DNA of 64,000 nucleotides from Sphagnum compactum (Eukaryota): NCBI GenBank assembly GCA_965153455.1, contig OZ234493.1, forward strand, positions 11,336,213 through 11,400,212, written 5' to 3'. Below, piece after piece: positions 30,253 through 44,058 of this stretch (its first letter is position 1; each line of letters starts with the position of its first letter). The translations under genes and the position numbers were made by a program. The notes beneath the pieces are model-generated. The model was given only the letters and a program-made list of their open reading frames with translations. It made no database searches and had not been told where the DNA came from.

Positions 30253-33200
30253 ACCATGGGTAAATTTTGGGGATATTGGGCAATACCAAAATCGGGTCAG
30301 CACTCAATTTTTGTCACATTGCCCGCATCCTGCGACCATACCCCACCACATGAGTCTAATTCAGTGCATGCCTATATTGCAGGCAGTATTTTTTTCCGGG
30401 CTGCCCAGACACACTTTCATGTCCTATTATTAAGCATGTGTTTGGTCTGTAAAGGATTTGGTCAAGGGCAGACAAGGAAAAAAAAATCGGGCAGTACTTT
30501 TTGTGCTGCCCGCAAAAAGAAATTTAATAGTCTTCCAACCTTACTTAAGGTATGCATAATTTGGACCTGCTTTTGTTTCCTTTTTCTTGAGTCATTTGTT
30601 CTCTTCTTGAACCCATATATGACGAGCCCTCCTTTTTTGCAGTGCAAAATTTAAGAAATTTTATGTTGCAAATTCAATGAATGTTTTTTGTAAAAGAATC
30701 GCAAAAAAAAATTTCCCAAATTCTTTTATAAAAAACCTTTAATTTTTTTTTAGATTTCCATATATGGTTCAAGTAGGTAGCAAAAGATATACAAGGAAAT
30801 TTTTTTAATCAATTTTTTTCATATTTTTTTAATAAGAAAATTTGGCTAAAACAGCTTATGGATGATTGTCACCTTGGCTACATCACAAATTTTGGGGAAA
30901 AAAACACACATATAGTGTACACACAAACATTCTCTCTCTCTCTCTCTTTGTGATGCCTCGTGCTTTGGAAACCTACTTGAAACTGGTGGAATTTGGACAA
31001 TTAGGGTTTGGGTTCCATTGAATTAGGACTTGGGGCATGATTTGTGGTCTAAAGAGTTATCCTATTGGGCAATCAACAAAGACCCATTTGATGAAACCCA
31101 TTTTGTAAGAAGGTCCTATGCATAGATAGATAGGTAGGGAAATAAGTGAGTACTAAAGTAACTAGATGCCTTCCAGATACATACATACCTTAAGGGCTAT
31201 TGTTACCAATGTTGGTCAGTTTGGGTTTTTTTTTTTTTTTTTTTTTTTTTTGGGGTTCAAGTATGGACCAGTGTTGGTCGGCTGTAGGATTTTAGACCTA
31301 ACCATAGGATATGAATAAGAAAAAATTAAAATTTTCTCTTCATATAAGGATATGCATCTCGATATCTCATCAAAAAAAAATTTATATCATTGGTTATGCA
31401 TTCATGAAATTTTTCCATTCATTACCAAATATGCATTTGCCCTTTTTCAAAATCATAGTAACTTGTTGATATGTATAGTGGTTAACAAGTTGAACATGTC
31501 AGTTCATGTGCAAAAAAATAAAGTAACTTGCAAGGGAATCGAACCTTAGTTCTTTTCAATATATGATGTAGTACAAGATGATAAACTCATATGAAAAATC
31601 TTTTTTATGAAAACCTTAATTTTTTAATAGCTAAGGACTTTTGAATGGTTGAAATTTGACCATATTTGCATAAGTCCATATGAGTTACAATTTTTGTTTG
31701 TTTTTTCAAAAAAATTGTCCCAAAAGCATTTTTTTGAAAATTTTAGATGGGGCATTATTTTTATGGACTTTGTGGATTTCTTTTTAGGACTTCCAAATTT
31801 TAAAATGACATCAACTACATTAAATACAAGATTTCATATAGATTTGAGAAGATTTATAGGGGATTGAACATGTATTATTCAAATATTAAAATAATAATAT
31901 TTTTTAAAGTAACGACCATGTCCATTTGAATCATTTAAAAAAATCTTGTATAGATTTGTAAACAGTGTAAAAACTGTTAAAAATGAGTCACTTGATTGTG
32001 CATCTACCTTTGAAACAGTTGTAAGCAATTGGAAAACAAAAATAGGAGTTGATAAACTAACCTTGACACTCTTGAGAAACCTGCAAGATATTGAAAATCA
32101 AATATAGGAAAAACGAAATGAGTAAGAAGTTTAAGCAACCTAGGAGTAAAAATATGAAAAAAGAAAATGACTAAGAAGCTCCAGGCTCCATGAAAGCTCA
32201 ACTTAAGAGCTTGGACAAATTGCTAAAAAAAAGGGAAAAAAAGGGAGAAAAGACATGGAAATGAAAAAAGGGGAAAAAAACCCTCATCTACTTGTTAAGG
32301 CACATCAAATTTTGGATGCATTCAACAAAACCCTAAACCCTAAAACTCACACAAAACACCTAATATGAAAACATTCAAAACTTCTCATTGTTTGAAGTTT
32401 TCATAAGTTCTAGAAAACGTTGTTCCTCACTGGTGATTCAAAGCAAAACGTTTAATCTTTCAAAACATAAAAACACAATCTAAATTGCTTACACTAGATT
32501 GCAAAAAACAAGCACATTCGAGCTCATTCATTACACATTACATTCACCATTTACATTTTGCATTCAACGTTCTCACACCTCACACCATTAAAGCAACCTC
32601 AACAATGACATCATCGTTGTTGTTTTCAACCTTTAGTTTCAAGTTTTAAACTTAAACCCTAAAAATTAATCATTGCATCATTGAATTTAAACCCTAACCC
32701 TAAAAGGACAACCCGGATCCAAACCCAAATATGAATATGATAATCATAACAATCACCGTCCATCACCAAATATCATTTGTACCATCCATAGTAATCATCA
32801 CAATCCATTAACCGCCCTAAATAATTATCAATATGATAAGGATATAATATGTTAATGTCCCATCCATATATGAGTAGGATAAGGATATAAATTTAATCAA
32901 CACTTGCTGGTTGCAAATAGGGTTGGTTATAAAAATTGACACAAAATCCGAATATGCATTTATGCATATCCAACTATTATACATATTGATAATAAAAGAA
33001 AAAATTATAATCAACCAACATTGGTTTGGACTTGCCAAATTTACATGGATTTGGAACTAACCAATAACTAGACTCAACAGTTTTACATCAACTTGGTTTT
33101 AAAACCAAATGTGATGGGTTTAGATGGATTTAAATCAGTTAAAAACTTAAATAAGTGAATTTCAAGGGTTTTTAATAAAGTCCAAGTCTTAGGGTTAATT

Positions 33201-33503
33201 ACATAGCGGTTAAAGTCTTAAGTTTAAATAAGGTTTAAGGTTTTTAAGTTATAGGTCCTAGTTTTCCATGTCTAAATTCTAAACCGCTAAATTTTAACCC
33301 TAAGTTTTAATATTATAAAAGCAACCTTTATTGTAGCATTAAACTAACCTTTACACAAATATTTTGTGATGTTATTTATGTTGTTTCCTCTTATTACTCT
33401 TGGGAATGTCGGGAACCCATTGGGAGGTTAAAGGAACTCAATATGAACACCATGAGAACCTTTTGGGAACTTCGTGGGAATAAAAAAATCAAAAAAAAAA
33501 ATT

Positions 33504-34697
33504 CATCACAAATTTAGCATTTCACGACTTAATAATGGAAATCGTGCAAAATTCATTTATTCATAATTCGTATGTTTCAAACACCGATTGACATGCCCCC
33601 AAACTCCTTAAGCAACCCAAATGTGGGTCCCAAAACAAAACAATGGAAAAAAAGAAATAGTTGGGGCACTCTTTAACTCACATCACTTTGGGGTAGAAGG
33701 GTGTACTACAGCTCCAAGATGGGACTAAAATGAACCCACAAGTGACAGTTCAAGGTGAGATCAACCTACACAACTAAAAAAAAAGGCGATTAGTGCAAGT
33801 TGAATGAAAATGGTGTGACATATTTAATAGGGACAATCTTAAACACAAGTTTTACACAACCCACAACCTTTGGGAGGAGGCACCACTCCCCCCCCATAGT
33901 ATATTCTATGCCTTTCTGCGAGGCCTATATCCAAATGTCACTTTTCCCCGGGAGTCCCAAAACTAAGACTCTTATTAGCCCAGAACTTTGGATGTTCATA
34001 TCTTTTCCAAATCAAGTCTTTTTTTGGAAATGCGAGGGCAATATTTTATAGCCCTTAAAAAGATCTTTCCAATGATGTATAACATGCCTCAATCAGAACT
34101 CATTTGACCCTTGCTTTCAAGGAGTTTGTGATCAGGAGTCTCCCGCCCTTTTTTTAATCATGACTCATGCAAATTAAGTCTAAATGAACAATACGAAAGC
34201 ACTTTAAGCATTTAAGTTTCAAGACCTTTTTAATGGTGTCCTGGGGGCCCAATTTGGTGCTTGTTTGCCTTTCCAATCAAGGATCTAAACAATTGTGACT
34301 CCCACACTAATGCAATTCCATAAATGGAAGTGCACTTGGGAGTCATTGGGCTCCATCCCTTGCACTCTCTCCCATTTGTGAGAGTGTGTTTCACACCAAA
34401 ACACACCCTCTTGGCCTCATGGGCCCTTGCATTCCACACTTAGTTACAAACCCAATGTTAAGGTTGCGACATTGATATTGTGCATTGAAAACACATTTAA
34501 CATAGATTTATAAGAAAATGTGAAATTTGTATGACATTCTTTCATTCATAAGTTTGTACTTCATTTGTTGACACAATTATCTGTGTGTCAAACGTCTTTT
34601 CAATGCATGATATTTGTGTGTAAAATGTATATACCTATGAATGAACGAACTTCGTACAATTTTCATTATTAATTTGTCACATGCTAAATTTGTGATG
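33504..34697. mobile_element. Foldback/MITE-like element interrupted by a solo LTR
   Basis: Perfect 17-bp inverted repeat catcacaaatttagcat (33504-33520) / atgctaaatttgtgatg (34681-34697), extending inward as imperfect inverted arms. Confidence 0.7.
33589..34471 (-). mobile_element. Solo LTR (~883 bp) related to the Ty3/Gypsy LTR at 58367-59186
   Basis: Ends tgac...ggttgcgaca like the 58367-59186 LTR and shares internal blocks (ggagtccc, agatctttccaa, atttgac). Flanks ccgat / ttgat are a degenerate 5-bp TSD. Confidence 0.85.
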
Positions 34698-36229
34698 TTG
34701 CTTAAAAATATACTTTGGAATAAAGGCAAAATTGACCCGGGCCTAAACCCAAAACTAAAAGTTCTTAGAAAGGTTAGACCTATTGGACCCAAAGATGTCA
34801 CAAATTTTGATTCAATCGTAAAACCAACAAGTTTCAATTTTTGAAAATATTTCCTAGACCCAAAACTAAACATTTTCATTTTACAAAAAACTTTAAACCC
34901 AAGCCCATGGTTCATGGAAAAACCAAAAACAAAACAACACTAGTTATTACCACCATGTGGAGTGGGTATTTGAATCATTGACATGTATTAGCTAAGTATT
35001 AAACCGAATATATTCACATATATGACAACCATGGATATTTTTCAAATCTTGCACCTACCTCCTACCCAAGTTTTTCTAAAAGTTTTTGTTCACCCCCACC
35101 TCATAATTATCACTTTGTTAAAACCAAATACTAGTAATTGGATTTAAACTAAAGGTGAACAAAAATAGAGGGTATTTACTAAAACCCTAGTTCATACCCT
35201 TTTAATAACCAATAAAATCTTAAGTAAAATTAGGGTTAGGTTTAGGGTTTTATAGTATTCAATATGTGTTTAGGTTTTGTAGTTGTTATTTGTTGTTATT
35301 TTGTCTCCTTCACCTTCCACAAGCACCATATTCACCTTTGTAATGTTCATAACATGTCATAAAAAATCTCCGGTGATGTTACATGAATACAACCTACTAA
35401 CTAGTGGAAAGAACATATATGAATCAAACATTAGGGGAGCTTGGAACATGCATCTATTAATGAACTTTAAGGTATGTGCGGTTTCTTATTTTTAGTTTTC
35501 ACATGAATTTTTTCCATTTGCATTTGGGTTTAGGGTGCACATTGTTGTTGTTTATTTTGATGTTTGAAGTGTGGAGTAGCAACGTTGAGCTCTCACTTCG
35601 AGCTTTTAGTTGTCCCTTTTACTTTTCTTTTTATACCTTGTGTTTGCTTAGAAGTGTGTTTGTGATTAAACAAATGTTAAAGGAAAACAAAGAGATAAAA
35701 AAACCTTGTTGTTTTTAGCAATTGTCATGCATGTTCCATCACCTTTCTTTAAGCCATGAACTTCTCATAATTAGTGTTCAATTCGCACAATGTCTTTTGG
35801 GCTTTTATTCTAGAATTTAGTCGTGAAACTATGTGGGTAAGGAGAAAAGCTTGGCCTTAAACTTGTGCAAATGGGAAAAATCTTCAAGAAGTAACATGTG
35901 TTATGTTTCTGTCATGGAGCTCTAATTTATAAACTTTAAAGCCTTAACCTCAAGCCTTTATTCCCTAAACGTTTTAATTACCATTGAATGTTATTACAAA
36001 TTGTCACATTTTGTTGTTGTAGTTTGAGTAGACCACATTTTGTTGTTGTAAAGTTTAACGTTCAAGGTATTGTGAAGGTCGAATTGCTAGTTGTTTTTTT
36101 CAATTGTTCCAACTTTTTCCTATTCTTATTATTCTTATTATGCCTTATTGAAGAGGTTGTTAGAAGATGCAAACATTGCCCCAAGATTTCCATTCAATCA
36201 TAAGCCTAGTAAAAAGAAAACAAATGTAT

Positions 36230-38950
36230 TTCCATTTACAATATTTGGTTTTTTTTGTAATAGCAACTAAGTTTTTAAAAAATGATGGAACCCACATGGG
36301 TTTTTTGAGGATCTAATATTGTTTGTGGTTAAGGGGCTCCTACCTATGAAGAACCTTATTGAATTCGTTTTGTTCCAAAGGTTTGGTATCTAGGTTGGCT
36401 TCCCATTCAATAAGGTTTTTGTTGAAGATATGTTGTTTGGTTTGGTTGAAAAAACCATGACTATGTATGTGTAGCCTTCATTAGTTAATTGTTTATTTGT
36501 CACCTGCACATTTGGTTTATCGATGTCAAAAGGAAAGCATGTTGTTTTAGTCATTGTTAATTTTTTCTTGAATGATTAAGAGGTAAAACATGTCATTATT
36601 GGGTTGTTTGAGGTGATGAACATGAATAATGCAGTTATGGTTCATAAATTTTAACAATTGTTTGACATGTTTTCTTTAATTTTTTAAAAAAAATTGTTTA
36701 TGTCAAAGATGAAAAATTCAAGTTGCAAACTTGTGCAAAGTGCACTAAATTCTATGGTATAATGTAATAACTTGGCCTTATTGGAACCATTTGATGGCTT
36801 ATGTTTGGGGCATGCACTTTCAAAGGTGTGCCAATATGTTGCTACAAATGAAAGAATGTTGGTTTACCATGTGCATTTACCATGGTAGGTTATTCAATCT
36901 ATCATCTAAAAATGTATTAGATGGCCCAAAAAATTCAGTAAAAGAAATCAAGCGTGGGACAAAACTTGCATTGAGTTTAGATTGAGATACACTCATGAAA
37001 ACTAAACACATTCATACAAACTAAGTAAGTTTTTTTTATTACTTTGTGATTTTTTATGTGGTTCACATATGTTACTTATTTTGTTTATATTGTTGATTGT
37101 ACATTTGCAAATTAGATATTGTTGTTCCAAGATGTCTTGACTTTTAAAAATGTCACTGCATTATGTTCTAATTGACAATTTGTGGCATTATAATTTTATG
37201 TACCATCTTCAAAAAATTGTGTTATATTTGAAGTTGTGGTGAAAGTTATGTCCCCCCAATTATCATTAGTTGTGTTTTGAACTAGAGTCCTAGACATTGG
37301 TTGATTGTGGATGCCTTGCAATTTATAATATTGACTTGTCAAGACATTATGCAAGAGCTATCATTCCAAATTATTTTTAACAACCTTGTTAAAAAAGATT
37401 TTTTAAAATCACGAGTTAAAGGAATTCATGGTTCATGTCAAGAAAACTTGTTGGATTCCATTAATATCTTATTGATGTAGAAAATTGCAAGTGCATTTTT
37501 TTTGGTGGCACAAAAAATAAGTTTCCAACCTTTGTTATAATAACACAACATATTTTTGGCATCCCAACTAGTTAAAGCGAGACAATATTTTTTTTGGGTT
37601 CTTAACATGTTGATTACATTTCATAAATGTCATCTCCAAATGGACAATATGAACAAGTTGACATTTGTCAACAAAAAATAATCATGATATCCACAAATTG
37701 TTTGCTTGAAACCCATTCATTATTATAAAAACAGGTTTTTCAAATTGTCCAATTAGACTAACAAATCCTTCTTGATCAATGGGCATGTACATTTTGATTA
37801 GAGGCTTAAGGGTTATATGACATGTGTATTTTTTGACTAATGAACTTGACTAATGACATAATATTGTTTATCAAGTTGAACAAAAAATTAACCACCTTGG
37901 TCAAAATTACCAATGGGTTTTAATCAAATTGAACAAAACAAAATGACATCCTTGGTCAATATGCCTTTCTATCAAATTGAACATCCTATGCTAGTTAATA
38001 GGCCAAAGTGACTATTATTTAGGCTAGGTAGGTAGCTTAAGTTTACCTACCAACCATTCTACAATTTACTTATGTCTTACTTCCTACCTACCACTTAGTT
38101 ACAACCTATTTTTTCTACCCACTTGCCTACCTACCCATCCACCCATCAACCTACCTACCTCTGACCTACCTACCAACTACCCACCCAATTACTTAACTAC
38201 CTATTTACCTCCTACCTACCCAGTTACCTACCTATTTATTTACCTATTTACCTCCTACTTCATATCTTTTAATTACTTATCCATTTACCTACCTCTTACA
38301 ACTTAGCTATTAGCCTACTTCCAACATACCTATTAATTACCTAACCTTCTTACTTACCTACATAAATAATGATATGAAATAAACATGTGAAATAAAAAAA
38401 CTTGATAAAAATTGTCATATTTTGATGGTGTAGTTCATTGCTAATGATTTGGTTTATCATTGTGAAAGTGATGGGTTCAATACATTATATTTAAAACTTA
38501 TGCCCATGCTTAGGGGGTTAAGGTAAGTAGGCTTATTTTAGGTAGTTTAGGTAGGCTAGGGTACCACCTACTTACTGACCTTTTTATGACCCAGATAGAC
38601 CTATTTAATATTTTGTTTATTACGTACCTAGAATAATAATCCAAAAATAGGTAAAAATTTGATTAATTTAGGGATCCATTGTCAATAAATCAAAATCAGT
38701 CAAATAATCTCTCATTTTGCTAGTCCAAAAGACCACCTAGTCATAGCAAATGTGGCCCAAATCAACTTGTATAGATTGGCATGATGGTTTTTTTTATGCA
38801 TATTCAAATTGGGTCTTTTTTTATTTGATTATGCAATCAAATAAACTTGTTTTGTAATAATGATTGATTTTGCATTTACATGCAAGGTGGAATTCGATTT
38901 GATGGCAAAACTAAAAGTTGAATTTGAAGATCAAGTCAAGGACAAAGATT
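36230..38950 (+). pseudogene. hAT-family transposase remnant, interrupted by a CACTA element
   Basis: Decayed motifs in order: EDLILFVVKGLLPMK, MSKG...KHVIIGLFE, YVKDE, CFGHA.SK.CQY, WPKKS and WW...FP...IFGIP (dimerisation domain). The reading continues across the 37718-38862 insertion (CLKPI | DFAFTC). Confidence 0.75.
37718..38862. mobile_element. Non-autonomous CACTA/EnSpm element (~1.15 kb)
   Basis: TIRs cattattataaaaacagg / cttgttttgtaataatg (CACTA decayed to CATTA) with a 3-bp ATT TSD at 37715-37717 and 38863-38865; contains an (ACCT)n-like low-complexity tract at ~38030-38360. Confidence 0.82.
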
Positions 38951-41706
38951 TCTAGGACCTACATGATTCTTTTCAATTTCACATTTTTCTTATGTGTAGG
39001 TAGTTGTCCATGCTCCATGTTAGGTTGAAGATGATGGATTGAACCATCTATCCAGGTGGTGGGTTTTGGGCAATTATTCCATGATTCCACATTACGAGGG
39101 CGCCAATTATATGAAATTTCAAATTTTTGTTTAGAAAAGGCTTGTGCGTTTTGCTTGTATTATATGTTTGACTTCATTCAACTTAGGCCTTGGTGTCTTG
39201 CTTGCTAGTTTGTTGTTGTGTTTATTTATTTTTTCCTATTTCTTGTTCATATTTGCGTCTATTGTGTTTTTAGTGTTATGTGTTTGTTGTGACTTTAGTG
39301 TTTATGTTTATCAAATGTTTTTAGTGTATTTGTCTATTGTGCTCTTGTCTATTTTTAGTGTTATGTGCTTATTTTGTCTTTAGTGTCTTGTTTTTATTGC
39401 GTTTTCAATGTCTTGTGTTTGTTGTGTCTTTTATGTCTTGTCAATTATGTGTAGCCCAACATTGATAAAAAATCCAAGAAAATCAATAATTTTTTGAGTT
39501 CATTTGAACCCACCAAAAGATGATGGGTTTCACTTTTGTTTCTTGGTATTGTAGTCACGTGTCTTTAGTGTATTTGATTTTATGTTGATGTCTCTTGGAA
39601 GTTCATAATGTATTTGTTTGTTGTGCTTGATGCATCTTGGAAGTATGTTGTGAGTGTTGTGTTTTCCATGGCTTATGTGTTTTATGTGTGGTTTTTATGG
39701 TTTAGACATCATATGTATCGTGTTTATGTTTTTTTATGGTTTGTTTGATGTGTGTTTTATGTCTTGTGAATTAAGAATATTTTTGTTTTATGTTCCAATT
39801 TGTGGTTTGTTGGTAGTTTTAAAAGATGCAAGTGAAAAGCCAAATGGAAGATGGAACAAAGGAGGAATTGCCTAAACCTTAAAACCATCAAACTTGACAT
39901 AAATCCTTCACTCTAATTCACCATTTGGGTTAACCTTTGAATTTAAAATAATATTTGTGTAGTCAAATTTCCACAAAAAATTCATAAAAATTCATTTTTA
40001 TCTTGAAGTTTCACCATGATCATCACCTCTATGGTTGTTTATTGCTTGTAAGTGTGTAATATGCAAACTTCACCTTGACATTTCAAAACTTATAAATTTG
40101 CTTTGCTTCCAAAATGCAAAGAACTATGCCTTGTACGACATGATTTGTTTTTCATAGGTGGTTTGTCAAATACTTTGGTAAAAGAACTTGCGTATAGCTA
40201 TCTAGGTTTTTGTTAAGGAATTGAGCTGTGTACACATTTAATCACTTTTCCAAACTCTCACCCCCCGTCTCATAACCACCCCCATCACTAGGTTTCTAAA
40301 ACCTAGACCTAGGCAAATCTCTAAAACTGAAAAAATTCAAACAACTAAACCTTGATTTTTTTTCAAAAAATATTTACCAAATGACCATTTTAAAATTTAT
40401 TTTTAAGCCCATTATCACCTTACATAGATGCAAAAACCTTGCTCTTGTTAAGGAGCAAGCAAAGGTATCATCCCCCTTCTAGACCTCATGATAATGGAGA
40501 CATTCCCCCATGTAAAGGCCGGACTTGATATCACTTGAATTTGCACATTAACATGTCATGCATTGGCATTACTCACCCATGTTTACCTTTTTTTGTTTGT
40601 TTCCCCTTATTTATTTTAAAAATAAATCATTACATATAAATGATCCATGTTTGATTTTCCTCTTAATTATTTAGGAAGTAATTAATTTAACACAAAAAAA
40701 ATTGAGTCCTTAGCAATATTTATTTTTCTCTCAAAATGTCTAGCAATAAGCAACATGTAAAACTAACTACAATAATGTAGCATAGCATGACATTGGCTTC
40801 ATTGTTCTTTGCAATGAACTGATGTTGGTGCCTTATTCAGGCACATTTTTTTAGGGTTTAGAAAAATTTCCTTAAGTGGGATGATGGGTGGTCATCTGCT
40901 GATTCTACTTAAAACAGTTTGGAACACTGGAAGGATGTGTTAATCCAGGGTGGGGAACACAGATTATGCTCTAGAATAGGGCCCTCGTAGAGTCCATAAT
41001 CACCCGACGGAATGGCATGTCACCTTACTTGCCTCAGATTATTCTGAGATGGAATAGGCCCTACCAATTTTGTGTTCACTTTGGAACTTGGGATGTACAT
41101 CAACTCTCAAACCAAAGGAAAATTGGGACATTTGAGAGAAGTCATGAATTCAAGAAAAGGTTCAATACCCAAGTAGCAAACTTGGGTATTGAACACAAAA
41201 TTGAGACTAGGTAGAAACTAGCAACATGAGTCCAACTTTCTTGGGAGCGAGCCTTCCCCTATGCTTCAAAGACATTGTGTGTCAAGCAAGAAGAGGTAAT
41301 AGAGAAACCCCATCGACTCACTAAAACTCCTTGTCCTTCTAGGTGATGCTAAATATACTAAAACAAAGAATTGGCCTTGCCCACAACTTAGATTTGAAGC
41401 CTTGGTGTCCTTCAAAGGGGGCAGGGGTGGGGGGTCGGGCAGATCCTTCTAACTCATGCCCAACAAATAAATAATTTGTCCTTCAAACCCAAACGCCAAT
41501 AATCTAATGAATTCTTCAAGTTTCAATTCAGAAAAAAATTCTTCCTAAAATTAATTCATACATGTCTACGCTTAGTGTGAATAAGATCACCTTAGTCATG
41601 ATGTTGGCTAGTGCACAAGAGAGAGAGATACCTGGAAAACAACACATTTGAGTAGCAGCAGTGATCTCCATCAGCGGCATTCTTTTATGCTGCAATGATG
41701 ATAGGA

Positions 41707-42480
41707 TCACATAACCCAAATGAGAAAGACCATAAACAAGAACATCCCGCACATGAAGAAGAGAACAAGTCAAGTTAGGCAATTTGTTTGCCAACTCTGC
41801 GAGTAGAGTCTACCAGCTCTCATGTTAACATGGTCAGTAGAGGCCAAGGTGTGCTCCAAAGCAGCTTCAGCAGATCCAAGTATATGCTCTGTATCCCGTA
41901 GACTGACATCCATTCGCATACTGCTGTCCTTAAGCTGTGCTGCTAACACCACCATCTCATCTGTGAGACCCTCCTGCAGCTCCCTGTGTTTTTGCACAGC
42001 TGCCAGTGTTGCTGCATCCACTCTGCCTATCTCACTGCTCTGCTTTGCACTGCCATCTTTGCCCCATAGTCTCCTTCTCAACGTTTGTGACATGACTTCT
42101 TGTGAAGGAGACACACTTTTACTGGGTTCAGGGCTGCTTTGTCCAGGTAACAGCTTGGGTTTAGGGTTTGCTTGGCCTGCCCATTCCAGTCAATTGGAGC
42201 TTGAACAACAGCAATCTCTTTGCATCCATCTCGTCAAGCACCAGCACTCTGTCCTTGAGTTTGTGAGCCACAAGCTGCATCTGCCAAGCATACTCTTCAG
42301 AGTTTGCGGCAGAGATGGATGCAAATCTTGGTGTGAAGCATCACCTGTCAATGTGTGTAGCAAATCCTGCATGGTGCTCACATAGTGCACCAGCTTGACG
42401 TCATTTGTCTGGTGAACTTGTGCTGCCAATAGCCTCCTTAACCAGAGCTCCACCTTACTCATTCCCATACTCAACCCCAT
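41707..42480 (-). pseudogene. USE1: Intronless USE1-like Qc-SNARE pseudogene
   Basis: MGMSKVELWLRRLLAA...KLVHYVSTM and KHRELQEGLTDEMVVLAAQLKDSS match plant USE1. There is an apparent frameshift near 42325, an in-frame TGA at 42190-42192, and a TGA (probably from TGG) at 41770-41772 just before the transmembrane anchor LVLFMCGMFLFMVFLIWVM*. Confidence 0.8.
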
Positions 42481-44058
42481 ACAAGTCTGCTGCTGCTACT
42501 GCTGCTCTTACAACTTGTGTTTGGTCCCTTTAGGGTTTCTTGTTTCTTCTCACCTGCATCCTCCTGCACCATTGTTCATCATCACCCTGTAAACCTCGAT
42601 TCCCTTCAATCACACAATATCATATTTTCCTTCTTCCACACATCAAAACAAAGCTGTGCTAAAGACTTTAGAACCACAACTTGAGCACAAAAGAGAAACA
42701 CCCTTGACTCCAAACAGAAATGTGAACTCATGTGAAAATCTTTGAGAAATTGTTGGAAGTAGGACAGCATTGTCTACTGGAACCTACTGAAATCCAAAAT
42801 CCATGAGACTAGGTAGAGGTGAGTTTCAGAGACTGGGTCTTGAGTCTGAGTCCTTAAGGGTTTAAGGACCAGCCCTAAAACCTATACCCCATGCATGTAG
42901 AGAAACATGCAGTCTCATTTATCTACCAGGCAATCTCTTGAGGAAAGAGGCGAAGATTTTGTGTCGAAAATGTTTTGAGCAGGGTTCTTACCTCCCTATT
43001 GCAGATCTCCTTTGGGATCAGTGGGATCAGCACCCAAAAAAAAATGGTGGGTGAAACATCAGAGTTTTGTACCTGCGAAACAACAAACAGAGCACCAAAC
43101 TTTTTTCTTCATCAGCAAGAAAGAAATGTCTGTAAGGTTGATTGCAGAGAAAAACATCACACAACACTCACTTTGAAGGTAACAATAACACAACAGCAAG
43201 TAAGTGGGGCAGTCATGAATATGACCTTCTAAAAAAACCAACCTTTAAAGGGGACGTTCTGAAGAAGAAAACCCCAGCAAGCTTCTTCCAATGTGCTTTA
43301 GACCGATTGTACCCCCTGAGAAGATGGCAGGAACTTCTCCTCCGGGATTGGTAATTCATCTTCTCATCTGCAGAACAGAAACCCAACACACCCATCATCA
43401 AAATCTCTGCAACAACACACACCCTAGACACATAACTAAATATTAGGGTGTTTTTAGGGTTTGGGGATCTCTGCGTCTTAAGGCTTTAGAAGAGCGTCTT
43501 CTTCTTCTTCTTGCTACCAGAAGAAGAATCTTTTGAGACTTGGGGATGGGTGAATGGTAGAAGAAGAGCTGTCTGCTTGCTCTACATGATTTGAAGAAGA
43601 CCCAGGTATCACCACCACAAGCAGAAGGAGCTGCAGCAAGAGAGAGAGGCTTTGACAAAAACCCAGGTATGTGAGAACTGTGGTGATTGAGAGTTTTTTC
43701 TTCATTGTGATCATGATCGCTAGTATGTATGTATGTCTAGAGTTGGAAAGAACCAAAAAGCCTTGCCTGTTCTGTTTTGTAAGCTTTTTCAGTCTGCTTT
43801 CTTGACAGCCTCCTCTTCTTCTTGGGTTTGAGAAACAAAAAGTTGCTTTTGTTGCTTGCTAGTAGTAGTAGCATTGAAGAATCTGTGCATTCAGTCTGTC
43901 TACAACGGCAGAGCAGATCTAGGGTCATTCATTCTAACCCCTTTTTTTTCCCTTTCTTCCCAGGCCACCCACCACCAGAGATGCAAACCTTAAGTAGTTA
44001 CTGGATGCTGCAGCTTCTTCTTCTCTCACATTGTATGCATTGCGTGCATGCAGGCTGA

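Noticed and set aside
31200..33130. Single TIR element defined by accaatgttggt / accaacattggt
   Set aside because: Only a 12-bp match with no TSD in very AT-rich decayed repeat sequence.
41822..42385. 187-aa plus-strand ORF
   Set aside because: Antisense shadow of the USE1-like coding sequence.
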